26,357 nucleotides of DNA from Candidatus Pacearchaeota archaeon (GTDB lineage Archaea > Nanobdellota > Nanobdellia > Pacearchaeales > GW2011-AR1), in assembly GCA_016866975.1 (NCBI GenBank), contig VGKP01000013.1:1-26357 (forward strand), given 5' to 3'. The translations under genes were made by a program, and so were the position numbers. Of the stretch, positions 7,939-16,964 are shown piece after piece. A model generated the notes under the pieces. The model did not search any database. It was not told the origin of the DNA and saw only the letters and a program-made list of their open reading frames with translations. Every line of letters begins with the position of its first letter. Position 1 is the first letter of the stretch.

Positions 7939-8262
7939 CTAGAGTAATTTTATTCTATAATTATTAATGGCATTTCTGAAAAAATCTCTTACGGAGTGTT
8001 CAGAGGGAAAATCAAAATGACTGCATAATTTTGAAGGAGTACTGCCAATAAGAATATGATATAATAAAAAGCTATCGACATCAGGGTATTTTAATTGCAG
8101 ATCTCTGGCAAAATCTCTTCTATTTTTATCAAATACCCTGTCCTCATCTGCACTAGCCAATTCTTCAAACTGAGTCCTAACATGATGCATCTCTAAATTT
8201 TCCTGTGACGTCAGGCCTCTCGCCTCAAGTGCTATCCAATATCTTCCTATATCCCATTCCAC
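7939..8262 (-). CDS. Hypothetical protein (LLYHILIGSTP...FDF motif)
   Basis: 107 aa ORF; GTG start supported by TTTAAATA at -29..-22. Confidence 0.7.
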   Translation of the reverse strand: MEWDIGRYWIALEARGLTSQENLEMHHVRTQFEELASADEDRVFDKNRRDFARDLQLKYPDVDSFLLYHILIGSTPSKLCSHFDFPSEHSVRDFFRNAINNYRIKLL

Positions 8263-8320
8263 AAATAAAGCGTCCAGGTCATCTATTTAAATCTTAGCTT
8301 TGTAATTTTTAAGATTAATA

Positions 8321-8629
8321 TCAACGATATTTTCTCCATGTATGCTTGCATTTTGTGCATTTATAGAACTTAGTCTCTGATTCATCACTTGATCTTGTCT
8401 GTGTGGTCCAGAAATAAGCCTTCTTGTTCTTACACTCTGGGCAGACCATATCAATCACCGGATAAGTATTATCTGCCTCTTCATTTATGACTGCCACGGT
8501 TTCTTTCTTCATTATCTTTTCAGATGCTTCTATTTTTGGCTTTTTTTTACCTTTATGGCCACATGCTGCACATACTGCACGGTCATTAACTATCTCAATA
8601 ATACCGCCACATTTTTCGCAAAATTCCAT
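8321..8629 (-). CDS. tfs: Transcription elongation/cleavage factor TFS
   Basis: Two zinc ribbons; QTRSSDE with intact acidic DE pair; C-terminal CTKCKHTWR. Confidence 0.93.
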   Translation of the reverse strand: MEFCEKCGGIIEIVNDRAVCAACGHKGKKKPKIEASEKIMKKETVAVINEEADNTYPVIDMVCPECKNKKAYFWTTQTRSSDESETKFYKCTKCKHTWRKYR

Positions 8630-8650
8630 CGCATTAATAGAGACTTACTT

Positions 8651-8658
8651 CTTTTAAA
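8651..8658 (-). promoter_or_regulatory. TATA box of tfs (AAAGC-TTTAAAAG)
   Basis: -29..-22 from the ATG with purine-rich BRE. Confidence 0.7.
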
Positions 8659-9295
8659 GCTTTGGTTGAGTCGATCCTCTACAGAAACCTCTCTCATCAG
8701 CAGGTTTCATGAAGTCGAAGAATATCAATTTCACCCAGCCAAGATAAGGTATTCTTCCTACAGCCACTCCCTGTATTCTGCTTATGGATATATTTATCTC
8801 ATCAACTCCTGCTCTGTTGTTAGAGAATTCTGGATTAGCGACCAGCTGAAGATTGTTATTGTCTCCTTTTGTCTCTATTGGATCTGTACCTACGACTCTA
8901 TGTATTATGGGGTAATATCTTGAAGCGGTTGGATGCGCATTGAACACTATGACATCTCCCTTATTATATTTCTTCCCACCAACAAGAAAAATTATGTCTC
9001 CTTTGTTAAGCCCGTTCACAAATCTATAAGATTTGAAATCTTCCTTAGAAACACCATATAATGAATAAAGGTCTCCATTGATTCCCCACCAATCATCTAG
9101 CACTTGTTCATGATACATAGAGCATGACTCAATTATGACTATAGGAAGTGATGTGCCTGTAACAAGTGAAAGAAGAGGAAATAATACAAATTTTATAACA
9201 ATTATTATCAAGACAAAAGAAACCATCCAAGATTTCCAGGAATCCTCTTTTAGAAACCTCCAGATCTTGATTCCATATTCTTTGAATCTATCCAT
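8654..9295 (-). CDS. Signal peptidase I (archaeal/ER-type S26)
   Basis: TM anchor, SCSM Ser box, GDVIVF, IIHRV His box, GRIPYLGW. Confidence 0.9.
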   Translation of the reverse strand: MDRFKEYGIKIWRFLKEDSWKSWMVSFVLIIIVIKFVLFPLLSLVTGTSLPIVIIESCSMYHEQVLDDWWGINGDLYSLYGVSKEDFKSYRFVNGLNKGDIIFLVGGKKYNKGDVIVFNAHPTASRYYPIIHRVVGTDPIETKGDNNNLQLVANPEFSNNRAGVDEINISISRIQGVAVGRIPYLGWVKLIFFDFMKPADERGFCRGSTQPKL

Positions 9296-9377
9296 TCAAT
9301 AAAATCGTAAGAAGACTTTAAAAATACTCGGTAGTCGCAATCGCCACATTTTTATACACCAAAACATTAATAGTACT

Positions 9378-9956
9378 ATGGACTTTGATTCAGTTATAGA
9401 CAAGAGGCACTCTGTAAGAGCTTTCAAAAATAAGAAAGCAAGTTGGAAGCTCGTATTAGATGCAATTGATGCTGCAAATCAAGGGCCATTTGCAGATAAC
9501 ATAAACCCGCTTAAGTTTCTGATAATCGAAGAGCAGTCTACAATTGACAAGGTCTCGGAGCTATCAGGACAACTATGGATAAATGAATCAAGTATTTTAG
9601 TCATAGTCTGTTCAGATGATACTCATCTTGAACACCTTCACGGCCAGCGTGGAAAGAGATATTCAAGGCAACAATCTGGGGCAGCCATAAATACCTTCAT
9701 TCTAAAATTAACAGACCTAGGCCTCTCATCATGCTGGGTAGGGGCATTCACAGACGATCTAATAAAGCAACATCTCAAGATTCCAGGACATATTGAAATA
9801 GAAGCAATCATCCCTATTGGTTATGAAAAGACAAAAAGCAACAAAAGAAGGAAAAGACCTTTGGAAAACACTCTCAATTGGGAATCCTGGGGTTCCACAA
9901 AGCGCCCCTCATTATTCAACGAAGATGCTCCCGACCCAGATTTGATAGAGTCGTGA
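9378..9956 (+). CDS. Nitroreductase family protein
   Basis: I.KRHSVRAF FMN-binding start, LGLSSCWVG, IPIGY. Confidence 0.9.
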   Translation: MDFDSVIDKRHSVRAFKNKKASWKLVLDAIDAANQGPFADNINPLKFLIIEEQSTIDKVSELSGQLWINESSILVIVCSDDTHLEHLHGQRGKRYSRQQSGAAINTFILKLTDLGLSSCWVGAFTDDLIKQHLKIPGHIEIEAIIPIGYEKTKSNKRRKRPLENTLNWESWGSTKRPSLFNEDAPDPDLIES

Positions 9957-9960
9957 TCAC

Positions 9961-10115
9961 TCCTGCAGATGAAACTCAACTTTCATCCTGTCAAGAACTT
10001 TGTTCTTGAGCACGATCAAGAATTGCGTTAAACCAATTCTTGACGCATCAGAGTTTTTGAAAAAAATTACTGATGGGATGATATTATTCCTGCAGATGAA
10101 ACTCAACTTTCATCC
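9961..10115. repeat. 28-bp direct repeats (9961-9988, 10088-10115) flanking a 99-bp triple-hairpin insert
   Basis: TCCTGCAGATGAAACTCAACTTTCATCC is identical twice; insert has TCAAGAAC-ttt-GTTCTTGA, TCAAGAATTG..CAATTCTTGA and CATCAG..CTGATG. Confidence 0.92.
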
Positions 10116-10473
10116 CATCGGGATCCTTAGTGAATATGGCAGTTCCACCGTATCCATCATCAGTTATTCCATTATCTTCCATTTCTATTCCCATTTTACG
10201 TAAGGTTCCCTCTATTTCATCCAAGTCTTCTCTGGTATCAATCTTAAAAGCCCAGTGATTTAGTCCTAGTTTCTCAGGATCAAAAGTCTCGTCTTTTCCA
10301 ATTACCAATTGAGAATTCGCGAGCCATAGTGAAAACATTCCATCGGTCAAACCACAAACATCTTCCTCATCATGCATTACTTCCATCCCACATACATCTC
10401 TGTAGAAATCACGTGATTTAGAAATATTCCGCACAATCAAAGTAATATGATGAACTCCAGTTGTTGTAACCAT
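10084..10473 (-). CDS. VOC/glyoxalase family protein
   Basis: GVHHITLIVRNISKSRDFYRDVCG, LNHWAF, IFTKDPDG.KVE. Confidence 0.9.
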   Translation of the reverse strand: MVTTTGVHHITLIVRNISKSRDFYRDVCGMEVMHDEEDVCGLTDGMFSLWLANSQLVIGKDETFDPEKLGLNHWAFKIDTREDLDEIEGTLRKMGIEMEDNGITDDGYGGTAIFTKDPDGMKVEFHLQE

Positions 10474-10623
10474 AAGTAAAAATGAAAAAGAAGATAATTA
10501 AACCTTTTTATTTTTTAATTAATACCTTAACAAAACTCTTCGAGTTTTAACCTCTACCTAAGGTAGAGGATTTCTACGAGCGTTAATAAAACCAAAATTT
10601 TCAAATTGTTACATATAAATCAA

Positions 10624-10668
10624 GGAGCCTCTTTCGAGGCCCCTCAAGAGAAAAATAAAAAAAAGGGA
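10624..10668 (-). terminator. Probable ftsZ terminator (oligo-T tract plus GC hairpin)
   Basis: Minus-strand T-rich run about 20 nt after the stop, then GCCTC-GAAA-GAGGC hairpin. Confidence 0.5.
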
Positions 10669-10688
10669 AGTTAATAAGAACTTTGTCT

Positions 10689-11768
10689 TTATCTGAAGAC
10701 TTCGATGCCTAAATCAGACATCTCTGACTTCATTGAGGCTTCTTCACGGAAGGCTTTCTTACCAAGGACATAAGGTGATCTGACACCCGTCATGATAGTA
10801 ATAACTCTGACGCGATTAGCGAATTCCTTATTGACGCGAGCTCCAATAATTACTTGGGCATCCTGGCTGATGTTCTCTGTTACAAGCTCACCAACTCCTG
10901 CGAATTCCTCAAGCTTGAAGTCAGGGCCGCAAGTGATGTGGATCAAAGCTCCTGTTGCTCCTTTATAGTCTACATCGAGCAAAGGATGTGTCAAAGCTTG
11001 CCTGACTGCTTCATCTACTCTTGCTGTTGTGTCAGATTCTCCAACGCCGATTACTGCTACGTCGCCATTCTTCATAATAGCTGAAACGTCTGCATAGTCT
11101 AAGTTAATCAATGATGGCAAGGTAATAGTTTCCACTATGCCTTTGATCATTGTACTGACTAGCTCGTTAGCTACTGCGAATGCCTGCTCCATAGGCAAGT
11201 TTCCAGCGATATCTACCAGTCTATTGTTATCAATCACGATAACAGTGTCAACAACTTCTGTAAGTTCCTGCAATCCAAACTCTGCTTTGTCATGTCTTGC
11301 TTTTTCACACTCAAACGGCATTGTGACTACTCCTATTACTACAGCTCCAGATTCTTTAGCAAGCTGTGCAACAACGGGTGATGCTCCTGTTCCGCTTCCT
11401 CCCCCCATTCCTGTGAGGACGAAGACCATATCAGCTCCAGATGCAGACTTCTTAAGCTCAGACAAAGATTCCTTTGCAGCTTCTCGTCCCTTGGCAGGAT
11501 ATCCCCCGCATCCAAGACCACGTGTAAGCTCTTTTCCGATAAGTATTTTCTCATCTGCCTTTGTTATGCTCAAATGTAATGCATCAGTGTTGATAGCATA
11601 AATAGAAGCTCCATTTATTCCTTTGTTGAATAGCCATGTCGCCATATTGCTTCCAGCTCCTCCAATACCAAATACTTTGATATTGGCTTTTCCAGCTCTC
11701 AATTCATCAAAATTGATGCTATGCGTCTCCGCATTTTTGATCGCCTCTTTTGCAAAATCAAGTACCAT
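10689..11768 (-). CDS. ftsZ: Cell division protein FtsZ (C-terminus resembles the FtsZ2 type)
   Basis: GIGGAGSN, GGGSGTG, NLDYAD; ends DLGIEVFR. Confidence 0.96.
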   Translation of the reverse strand: MVLDFAKEAIKNAETHSINFDELRAGKANIKVFGIGGAGSNMATWLFNKGINGASIYAINTDALHLSITKADEKILIGKELTRGLGCGGYPAKGREAAKESLSELKKSASGADMVFVLTGMGGGSGTGASPVVAQLAKESGAVVIGVVTMPFECEKARHDKAEFGLQELTEVVDTVIVIDNNRLVDIAGNLPMEQAFAVANELVSTMIKGIVETITLPSLINLDYADVSAIMKNGDVAVIGVGESDTTARVDEAVRQALTHPLLDVDYKGATGALIHITCGPDFKLEEFAGVGELVTENISQDAQVIIGARVNKEFANRVRVITIMTGVRSPYVLGKKAFREEASMKSEMSDLGIEVFR

Positions 11769-11775
11769 GTTTTTT

Positions 11776-11782
11776 ACCTCCT
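11776..11782 (-). promoter_or_regulatory. Shine-Dalgarno site of ftsZ
   Basis: AGGAGGT 7 nt before the ATG. Confidence 0.8.
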
Positions 11783-11913
11783 TTCAGTTAATATTTATGT
11801 TTTTTCAAAGGCCACTTCACTATTTATACTTGACGATACCAGATTATATAAGAATGAGAAGATAAAAAGAGTGAAAATGATAATTTTATAAGGAAAAAAC
11901 CACATATATATAC

Positions 11914-12447
11914 ATGATAAAAAAGTCTTCTGCATTCGATAAGTTTGTAAATTTCAAAACTAAGAAGAGAGCAGATATCACGACTCTCTTTGAGCACCCA
12001 TCAGCCTTCAAAGGAGTTGTAGATGAGATGACGAAACCATTCGGAAAAGTGAAAATAGATAAGATAGTAGGATTAGATGCCTTGGGATTTATCCTGGCGA
12101 GTGGAATGGCCTTAAAAATGAGAAGGCCTTTGATACTTATAAGAAAAAAAGGAAAATTGCCTTACCCGTCTAGTGCGTTACTAAGGATTGATGCAAGAGG
12201 TGTAAAAACGGACAAAGATAATAATCCAAGCAGGAAGTTAGAGATAAGAAAAGATTCTATTAAGAAAGGAGATCAGGTTCTATTGGTAGATGAATGGATC
12301 CACACAGGAACACAAGTGCTTGCAGCAGTAAAGATTATAGAAAAATTAGGTGGGAGGGTAGTAGGAATTGCATGCTACAGTGCCAATCTTAACGAAAAAA
12401 CTAATGTCTTATTCGATAAGTACAATCTCAAGCAGGTCCGCAAATAG
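11914..12447 (+). CDS. apt: Adenine phosphoribosyltransferase-like type I PRTase
   Basis: IVGLDALGF, IRKKGKLP, PRPP loop VLLVDEWIHTGT (variant); substrate not certain. Confidence 0.72.
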   Translation: MIKKSSAFDKFVNFKTKKRADITTLFEHPSAFKGVVDEMTKPFGKVKIDKIVGLDALGFILASGMALKMRRPLILIRKKGKLPYPSSALLRIDARGVKTDKDNNPSRKLEIRKDSIKKGDQVLLVDEWIHTGTQVLAAVKIIEKLGGRVVGIACYSANLNEKTNVLFDKYNLKQVRK

Positions 12448-12454
12448 ATTGAAC

Positions 12455-13489
12455 TTATATTCTCTTCAGTCTATCCATGAATTCTGCAATATACTTTAAA
12501 GGAAATAAGCACCCAGATGCGGCTTTATGCCCGCCTCCATCTGAATTCTCAAACCCTTCGACTATTTTTCTTGCGAGTATAGACACATCTTCTCCTCTAT
12601 CTTGCCTTCTAAACGAGCATTTTACAAGGTTATTAGACTTTCTGTAAATGACGATTGTCTTATCTGGAATTTTATGGCTTCTATCGTTAATTACAACCTC
12701 TCTTATTGGAAATATCCCTTTGAATTCCCATACATATCTTCCATTTATCTCCTTCTTCTCAGAATCAAAAGACTCTAATGCTTTATCGACCTCTTCTTGC
12801 ACTTCAGCTATATGTCCTCCCAAGATGCCAAGTTCGCCGAACTGCCTGGGAAATCTATCGTAAAAATCATATATTGTATCTTTATAATATACTAAAGCAA
12901 GATAAAGTTTGTATTGAAAATCCCATATCTTGCTATCTTTTACCTCTTCATCTCCAGGAACGAACTCTCCTCCATATTTTTTATATACTTCTGACAAGAA
13001 ACCTCCATTTGACTTCCATGCCCAATCAGATAAGGATGCGCAAGCAACCGCCCAATCCCAAGATTTCAGTTCTTGTATTTGTGAAAATAAAAAATAACAG
13101 AGATAGGCTGCGCACATTCCTTGAGCGTTCATATATACTGTCTTTTCAGAATTGAAATCTTCTATTATCTGATGATGATCTATTATCAATATTTTTGCAA
13201 AAGATTCCAATTTAATGAATTTGTCTTTGGTTTTAAAATTCAGGTCAGTCATGACGACCTTGGTCACACCTTCTTTCCTTAGTTCTTCTATAAGTTCATC
13301 ATTCAATTCCTCATATCCTACGAGCCTAACTATATTTGGATCAATGGCTTCACTGACTATTTTTGCAGAAACTATGCCATCCAGGTCAGACTTGTGACTA
13401 ACTACTGCAATCACATCTTTATCATCTAAAGAACCAACATATTCAGCAAACCTTTTCTCATTCCCAGTAATCCAATTGGGTTTTTCCAT
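12455..13489 (-). CDS. DHH/DHHA1 family phosphoesterase
   Basis: SHKSDLDG, MTD, IDHH, GGGHKAASG. Confidence 0.9.
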   Translation of the reverse strand: MEKPNWITGNEKRFAEYVGSLDDKDVIAVVSHKSDLDGIVSAKIVSEAIDPNIVRLVGYEELNDELIEELRKEGVTKVVMTDLNFKTKDKFIKLESFAKILIIDHHQIIEDFNSEKTVYMNAQGMCAAYLCYFLFSQIQELKSWDWAVACASLSDWAWKSNGGFLSEVYKKYGGEFVPGDEEVKDSKIWDFQYKLYLALVYYKDTIYDFYDRFPRQFGELGILGGHIAEVQEEVDKALESFDSEKKEINGRYVWEFKGIFPIREVVINDRSHKIPDKTIVIYRKSNNLVKCSFRRQDRGEDVSILARKIVEGFENSDGGGHKAASGCLFPLKYIAEFMDRLKRI

Positions 13490-13506
13490 GCTCAGGTGAT
13501 TGATAC

Positions 13507-14178
13507 TTATACTCTTTCTAAAATGACAGAATTAATGCCATTTTGCAAGCAGAGAGATTCAAATCTTTTAGCATCATCAATCGTGCCTACTACTCCAGAC
13601 CCATAATGCATGGGGATTGCCAGATCAGCACCTAACATCTTGGCCACGTCTGCAGCGTCTTCTGCAGTCATTACATAAGTCCCAGAAACAGGCAACAATG
13701 CCACAAACTCATTTCCATGTTTCCCATATCCTGTAAGCCTCTCCATGTCAGGTATCTTGTCTGTGTCTCCTGCATGGTAGATGATTACCCCATTAAATTT
13801 GATCACAAAGCCAAGCCACCTCTCAGATTTTGGATGAAAATCATTCCCGACATTATATGCAGGTACGGCTTCTATTTTGACTCCATCCATCTCAAGTTCA
13901 TCACCAATCTCCATTATCTGCATTTGGACATCATCGATTCTCGTTATCTTGCTTTGTGCATCAGGGGACGTTATTATCGTAGTCCCTTTTTTTGACATCT
14001 TAGCAATATCTTTTATGCTGCAGTGGTCAGAGTGACTGTGTGTGACAAGTATGTAGTCTGCTTTTCCAGCAGCATCTGATACATTATATGGATCTATCGC
14101 TATCCTTTTTCCATTACTATTACTTATCAAAAAGCCATCGTGGCCTAAAAATTCAATGATGACATCTTTTATCTTCAT
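13507..14178 (-). CDS. Metallo-beta-lactamase fold hydrolase (UPF0173-like)
   Basis: LGHDGF, THSHSDH, YHAGDT, IPMHY; start 14178 from TATA spacing. Confidence 0.9.
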   Translation of the reverse strand: MKIKDVIIEFLGHDGFLISNSNGKRIAIDPYNVSDAAGKADYILVTHSHSDHCSIKDIAKMSKKGTTIITSPDAQSKITRIDDVQMQIMEIGDELEMDGVKIEAVPAYNVGNDFHPKSERWLGFVIKFNGVIIYHAGDTDKIPDMERLTGYGKHGNEFVALLPVSGTYVMTAEDAADVAKMLGADLAIPMHYGSGVVGTIDDAKRFESLCLQNGINSVILERV

Positions 14179-14352
14179 CAACAATCAATCTTTACTTAAT
14201 TTATAAGCTTACTGGTGATTGACATGAAAGATTTAAATATGAGGAAAAATGGGCAGTTGACGGCCATATTACAGATATTTCATTCGATACATACTGGCAG
14301 GCATGAGACTGATAGTTTTTTATTGCACTATTTTGACCAACATTAAGAGGTA

Positions 14353-15645
14353 TTAAGAAAATTTCCCTGCTATCTTCAACGCCTTTAAATCATTTCCTTT
14401 GGCACACATTACCTGTAAGCCGACAGGTATATTTTCCACAATTCCCGATGGTACAGCAACAGAGCATATACCGGCCAGATTCGCAGGGCAAGTAAGTGCA
14501 TCAGCAGCATATACTTCTTCAATGCTCATCTTGTCCCCCTCCCCAACCTTCCATGGCAATATTGGGCACACAGGTATTATTATACAGTCTACTTTGCCGA
14601 AAGCTTTTGAAAATTCTTCTGATATCATTTGTTTAATTTCCAATGATCGTCTATAATATGCTCCCGCGTGTTCTGCTTTAGTGATCTCGCTCCCTCCAAG
14701 TACTCTCCTTAACACTTCCTTGCCGCACTTATCTTCAAACCGATATCCGTACCTCCTTCCATCAAACCTCCTTGTCCCAGAATAAAACTCTGAATATACG
14801 AGAGGATAATATGTCTGTACAGCAAGCCCTATGTTTTCAAGTTCTATTTCTTTTATAAGCCATTTATTAATCTTTGCGACCTCTCTTAGTTTATGTTCCA
14901 CAATTTTATGAATCCTTGAATCTATTCCTTTTATCTTTAAAACTCCTATATTTATTGTATTCCCTTCATCTTCCTTTATGTCTTCACTCATAGTATCTCT
15001 CTCATCTCTACCTGATATAACTTCAAACAACAATTTAGCATCCTCAACATTTTTTGCTAGTGGCCCTATCTGATCAAGGCTCATCGACAGGTCTACAAGT
15101 CCATATCTGGAGACTGCGCCATAACTTGGCTTCATCCCAACTATCCCGCAATGCGAGGCGGGGGCCCTTATGCTCCCTCCAGTATCGCTTCCTAGTGCAA
15201 CATCGCAAAAACCTGCTGCTACTGCCGCAGCACTACCGCTGCTGCTTCCTCCAGGTATTTTTCCCAATGCAGCAGGGTTCTGTGTTGGTCCAAATGCGCT
15301 ATTTTCCCCACTTACTCCTGCCGCAAATTCATCCATATTTGTCATCCCTATTATAACTCCATCTTCTCCCTTGATCTTAGAAATGACAGTAGCATCATAA
15401 GGTGCGACATAGTTCTCTAAGACACGCGAAGCGCAATTACATATAATCCCTTTTACATTTATATTACTCTTTACAGCCACTACGAAACCATAAAGCTTTC
15501 CTTTCTTGCCTGTCTTTTTAAATTTTTCATCCACAGCTCTTGCCTCCTCAACAACTTTATCGTTAAGATGTAAGAACGCATTAATCTTGCCATCCTCTTT
15601 TTTTATCTTTTCCAGAAACTTCTTTACTTTATCTTCTACACTCAT
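14353..15645 (-). CDS. gatA: Amidotransferase subunit A (amidase signature)
   Basis: VAVK, GMTNMDEFA, GGSSSGSAAAV, GSDTGGSIR, DQIGP; start MSVED with TTAATAAA at -29..-22. Confidence 0.88.
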   Translation of the reverse strand: MSVEDKVKKFLEKIKKEDGKINAFLHLNDKVVEEARAVDEKFKKTGKKGKLYGFVVAVKSNINVKGIICNCASRVLENYVAPYDATVISKIKGEDGVIIGMTNMDEFAAGVSGENSAFGPTQNPAALGKIPGGSSSGSAAAVAAGFCDVALGSDTGGSIRAPASHCGIVGMKPSYGAVSRYGLVDLSMSLDQIGPLAKNVEDAKLLFEVISGRDERDTMSEDIKEDEGNTINIGVLKIKGIDSRIHKIVEHKLREVAKINKWLIKEIELENIGLAVQTYYPLVYSEFYSGTRRFDGRRYGYRFEDKCGKEVLRRVLGGSEITKAEHAGAYYRRSLEIKQMISEEFSKAFGKVDCIIIPVCPILPWKVGEGDKMSIEEVYAADALTCPANLAGICSVAVPSGIVENIPVGLQVMCAKGNDLKALKIAGKFS

Positions 15646-15687
15646 ACCGATTTTGAGAATTAGCACTTTATTAATCTTCCTTTACAA

Positions 15688-15918
15688 TCAATGTACTAGT
15701 TCCTTTGCTCTCTGTTCTAATGCTTGCTTTTGAGAAGCATCCATCTTTCCATATTTATCAGAATGTGCTTTCTTGAAATGTTCAATCATTTTCTCGGCAG
15801 TCTCATCAATATTTTTACCTCTTGCCACAAAACCACATTCCATGTTTCCTAATGAGTAACAGTTCAATTCCAGCTCATTCAAACCGGCGCGTGCTTTGTC
15901 AGGATCTGCCTCTTCCAT
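15688..15918 (-). CDS. DUF1059-like small metal-binding protein
   Basis: C....C.FVARG...E......H....H pattern. Confidence 0.75.
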   Translation of the reverse strand: MEEADPDKARAGLNELELNCYSLGNMECGFVARGKNIDETAEKMIEHFKKAHSDKYGKMDASQKQALEQRAKELVH

Positions 15919-15997
15919 ATTATTATAAGAAAATAAGAAGTTTATGAACCTTTCTTTTGTACAAAAACAAAGTCGTGTCTAAGGTTTATACAAAGGC

Positions 15998-16507
15998 TTA
16001 CCAGCTTATATTCTTCACAGGCTTCTTAATATACATAATCTCCTGCAATTCATAGACTTCCATGGTGCTTTCAACTTGATCGTCAAAATATCTTATCTGA
16101 TATTCCTTATCATTTTTGTCAAATACTTCTATAGTCATCTCTTTAGTGCTCCCATGATCCATTAAGACATAATGAGCATCTACCTCTAATTCCACACCAT
16201 CTATCTTTATCTTGTCTCCTTTCTTGATCTTTGATACTGGTCTAGATGCACTTACCTTGGGAGGTTCTGACGGCCCATTATGGTTCATCTTCTCTATAAC
16301 ATTAACTGCATCTTCAACCATGTCATCCATGTCATCCATATCATCTTCATCTACTGTCTTCTTTTTCACTTTCGCAGGCTTGGATGCAGGAGCATATTCT
16401 ACATCTTCATCATCACCAAATGCATCATCCAAAGACATCCCTTCATCATCACTTTTATCCGCATTTACTTTCCCTGCTTCTTTCTTTTTTGTTTTTTTAG
16501 CTACCAT
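15998..16507 (-). CDS. Hypothetical protein with acidic linker and beta-rich C-terminal domain
   Basis: ATG overlaps the gatC stop (ATGGTAG); Asp/Glu-rich middle. Confidence 0.78.
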   Translation of the reverse strand: MVAKKTKKKEAGKVNADKSDDEGMSLDDAFGDDEDVEYAPASKPAKVKKKTVDEDDMDDMDDMVEDAVNVIEKMNHNGPSEPPKVSASRPVSKIKKGDKIKIDGVELEVDAHYVLMDHGSTKEMTIEVFDKNDKEYQIRYFDDQVESTMEVYELQEIMYIKKPVKNISW

Positions 16508-16743
16508 TTCTTCTTCTCCGCGATAATGCAATCCTCATCTTTATTTGGCGCGTTAGCAAGTAACATATCTCTGAACGCCTCATCTCCAGATGCTCCCTTC
16601 CCCTCTTCTCTGAATCCTCCAACTCTTTCTTCATTTTTCTTTTTGGAAATCTTAATCTTGGACAACGCAGAGCTGAACTTTTTCAATATTTCTTGTACTT
16701 CTACTTTAATCTTTTCCTTTTCTTTCTCAGAAATTGCATTCAT
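16501..16743 (-). CDS. gatC: Amidotransferase subunit C
   Basis: 80 aa; N-terminal helix, FREE, LANAP..ED..I motif; near gatA. Confidence 0.78.
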   Translation of the reverse strand: MNAISEKEKEKIKVEVQEILKKFSSALSKIKISKKKNEERVGGFREEGKGASGDEAFRDMLLANAPNKDEDCIIAEKKKW

Positions 16744-16764
16744 ATTTGTGAAAGAAAGCTTGAA

Positions 16765-16772
16765 TTTATAAA
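16765..16772 (-). promoter_or_regulatory. TATA box of gatC (TTTATAAA)
   Basis: -29..-22 from the ATG. Confidence 0.7.
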
Positions 16773-16964
16773 GCTAATGTAGTGAAGTTTACTTTCTTTT
16801 AAAAAAATACTGCATCGATCCTCTCTTTAGTAATGATTTTTTTAATCTTGTAAGGATACTCCTTGAAAATCCCCTAAAACAAGTAGTCTCATTACCAATG
16901 CAAGAAAATCTTATTAAAAAAAATATCTAGTAAAATATAAATACAGACCAAGGTTAAATTTTTA

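Noticed and set aside
9961-10115. CRISPR mini-array interpretation (28-bp palindromic repeat twice)
   Set aside because: Only two repeats, a 99-bp spacer, the repeat is coding sequence, and no cas genes or leader.
10000-10203. 67-aa + strand ORF
   Set aside because: Artefact of the duplicated VOC end and antisense to VOC.
14239-14346. 35-aa ORF MRKNGQ... resembling a class III signal peptide start
   Set aside because: No hydrophobic stretch follows, and the ATG overlaps the TATA box itself.
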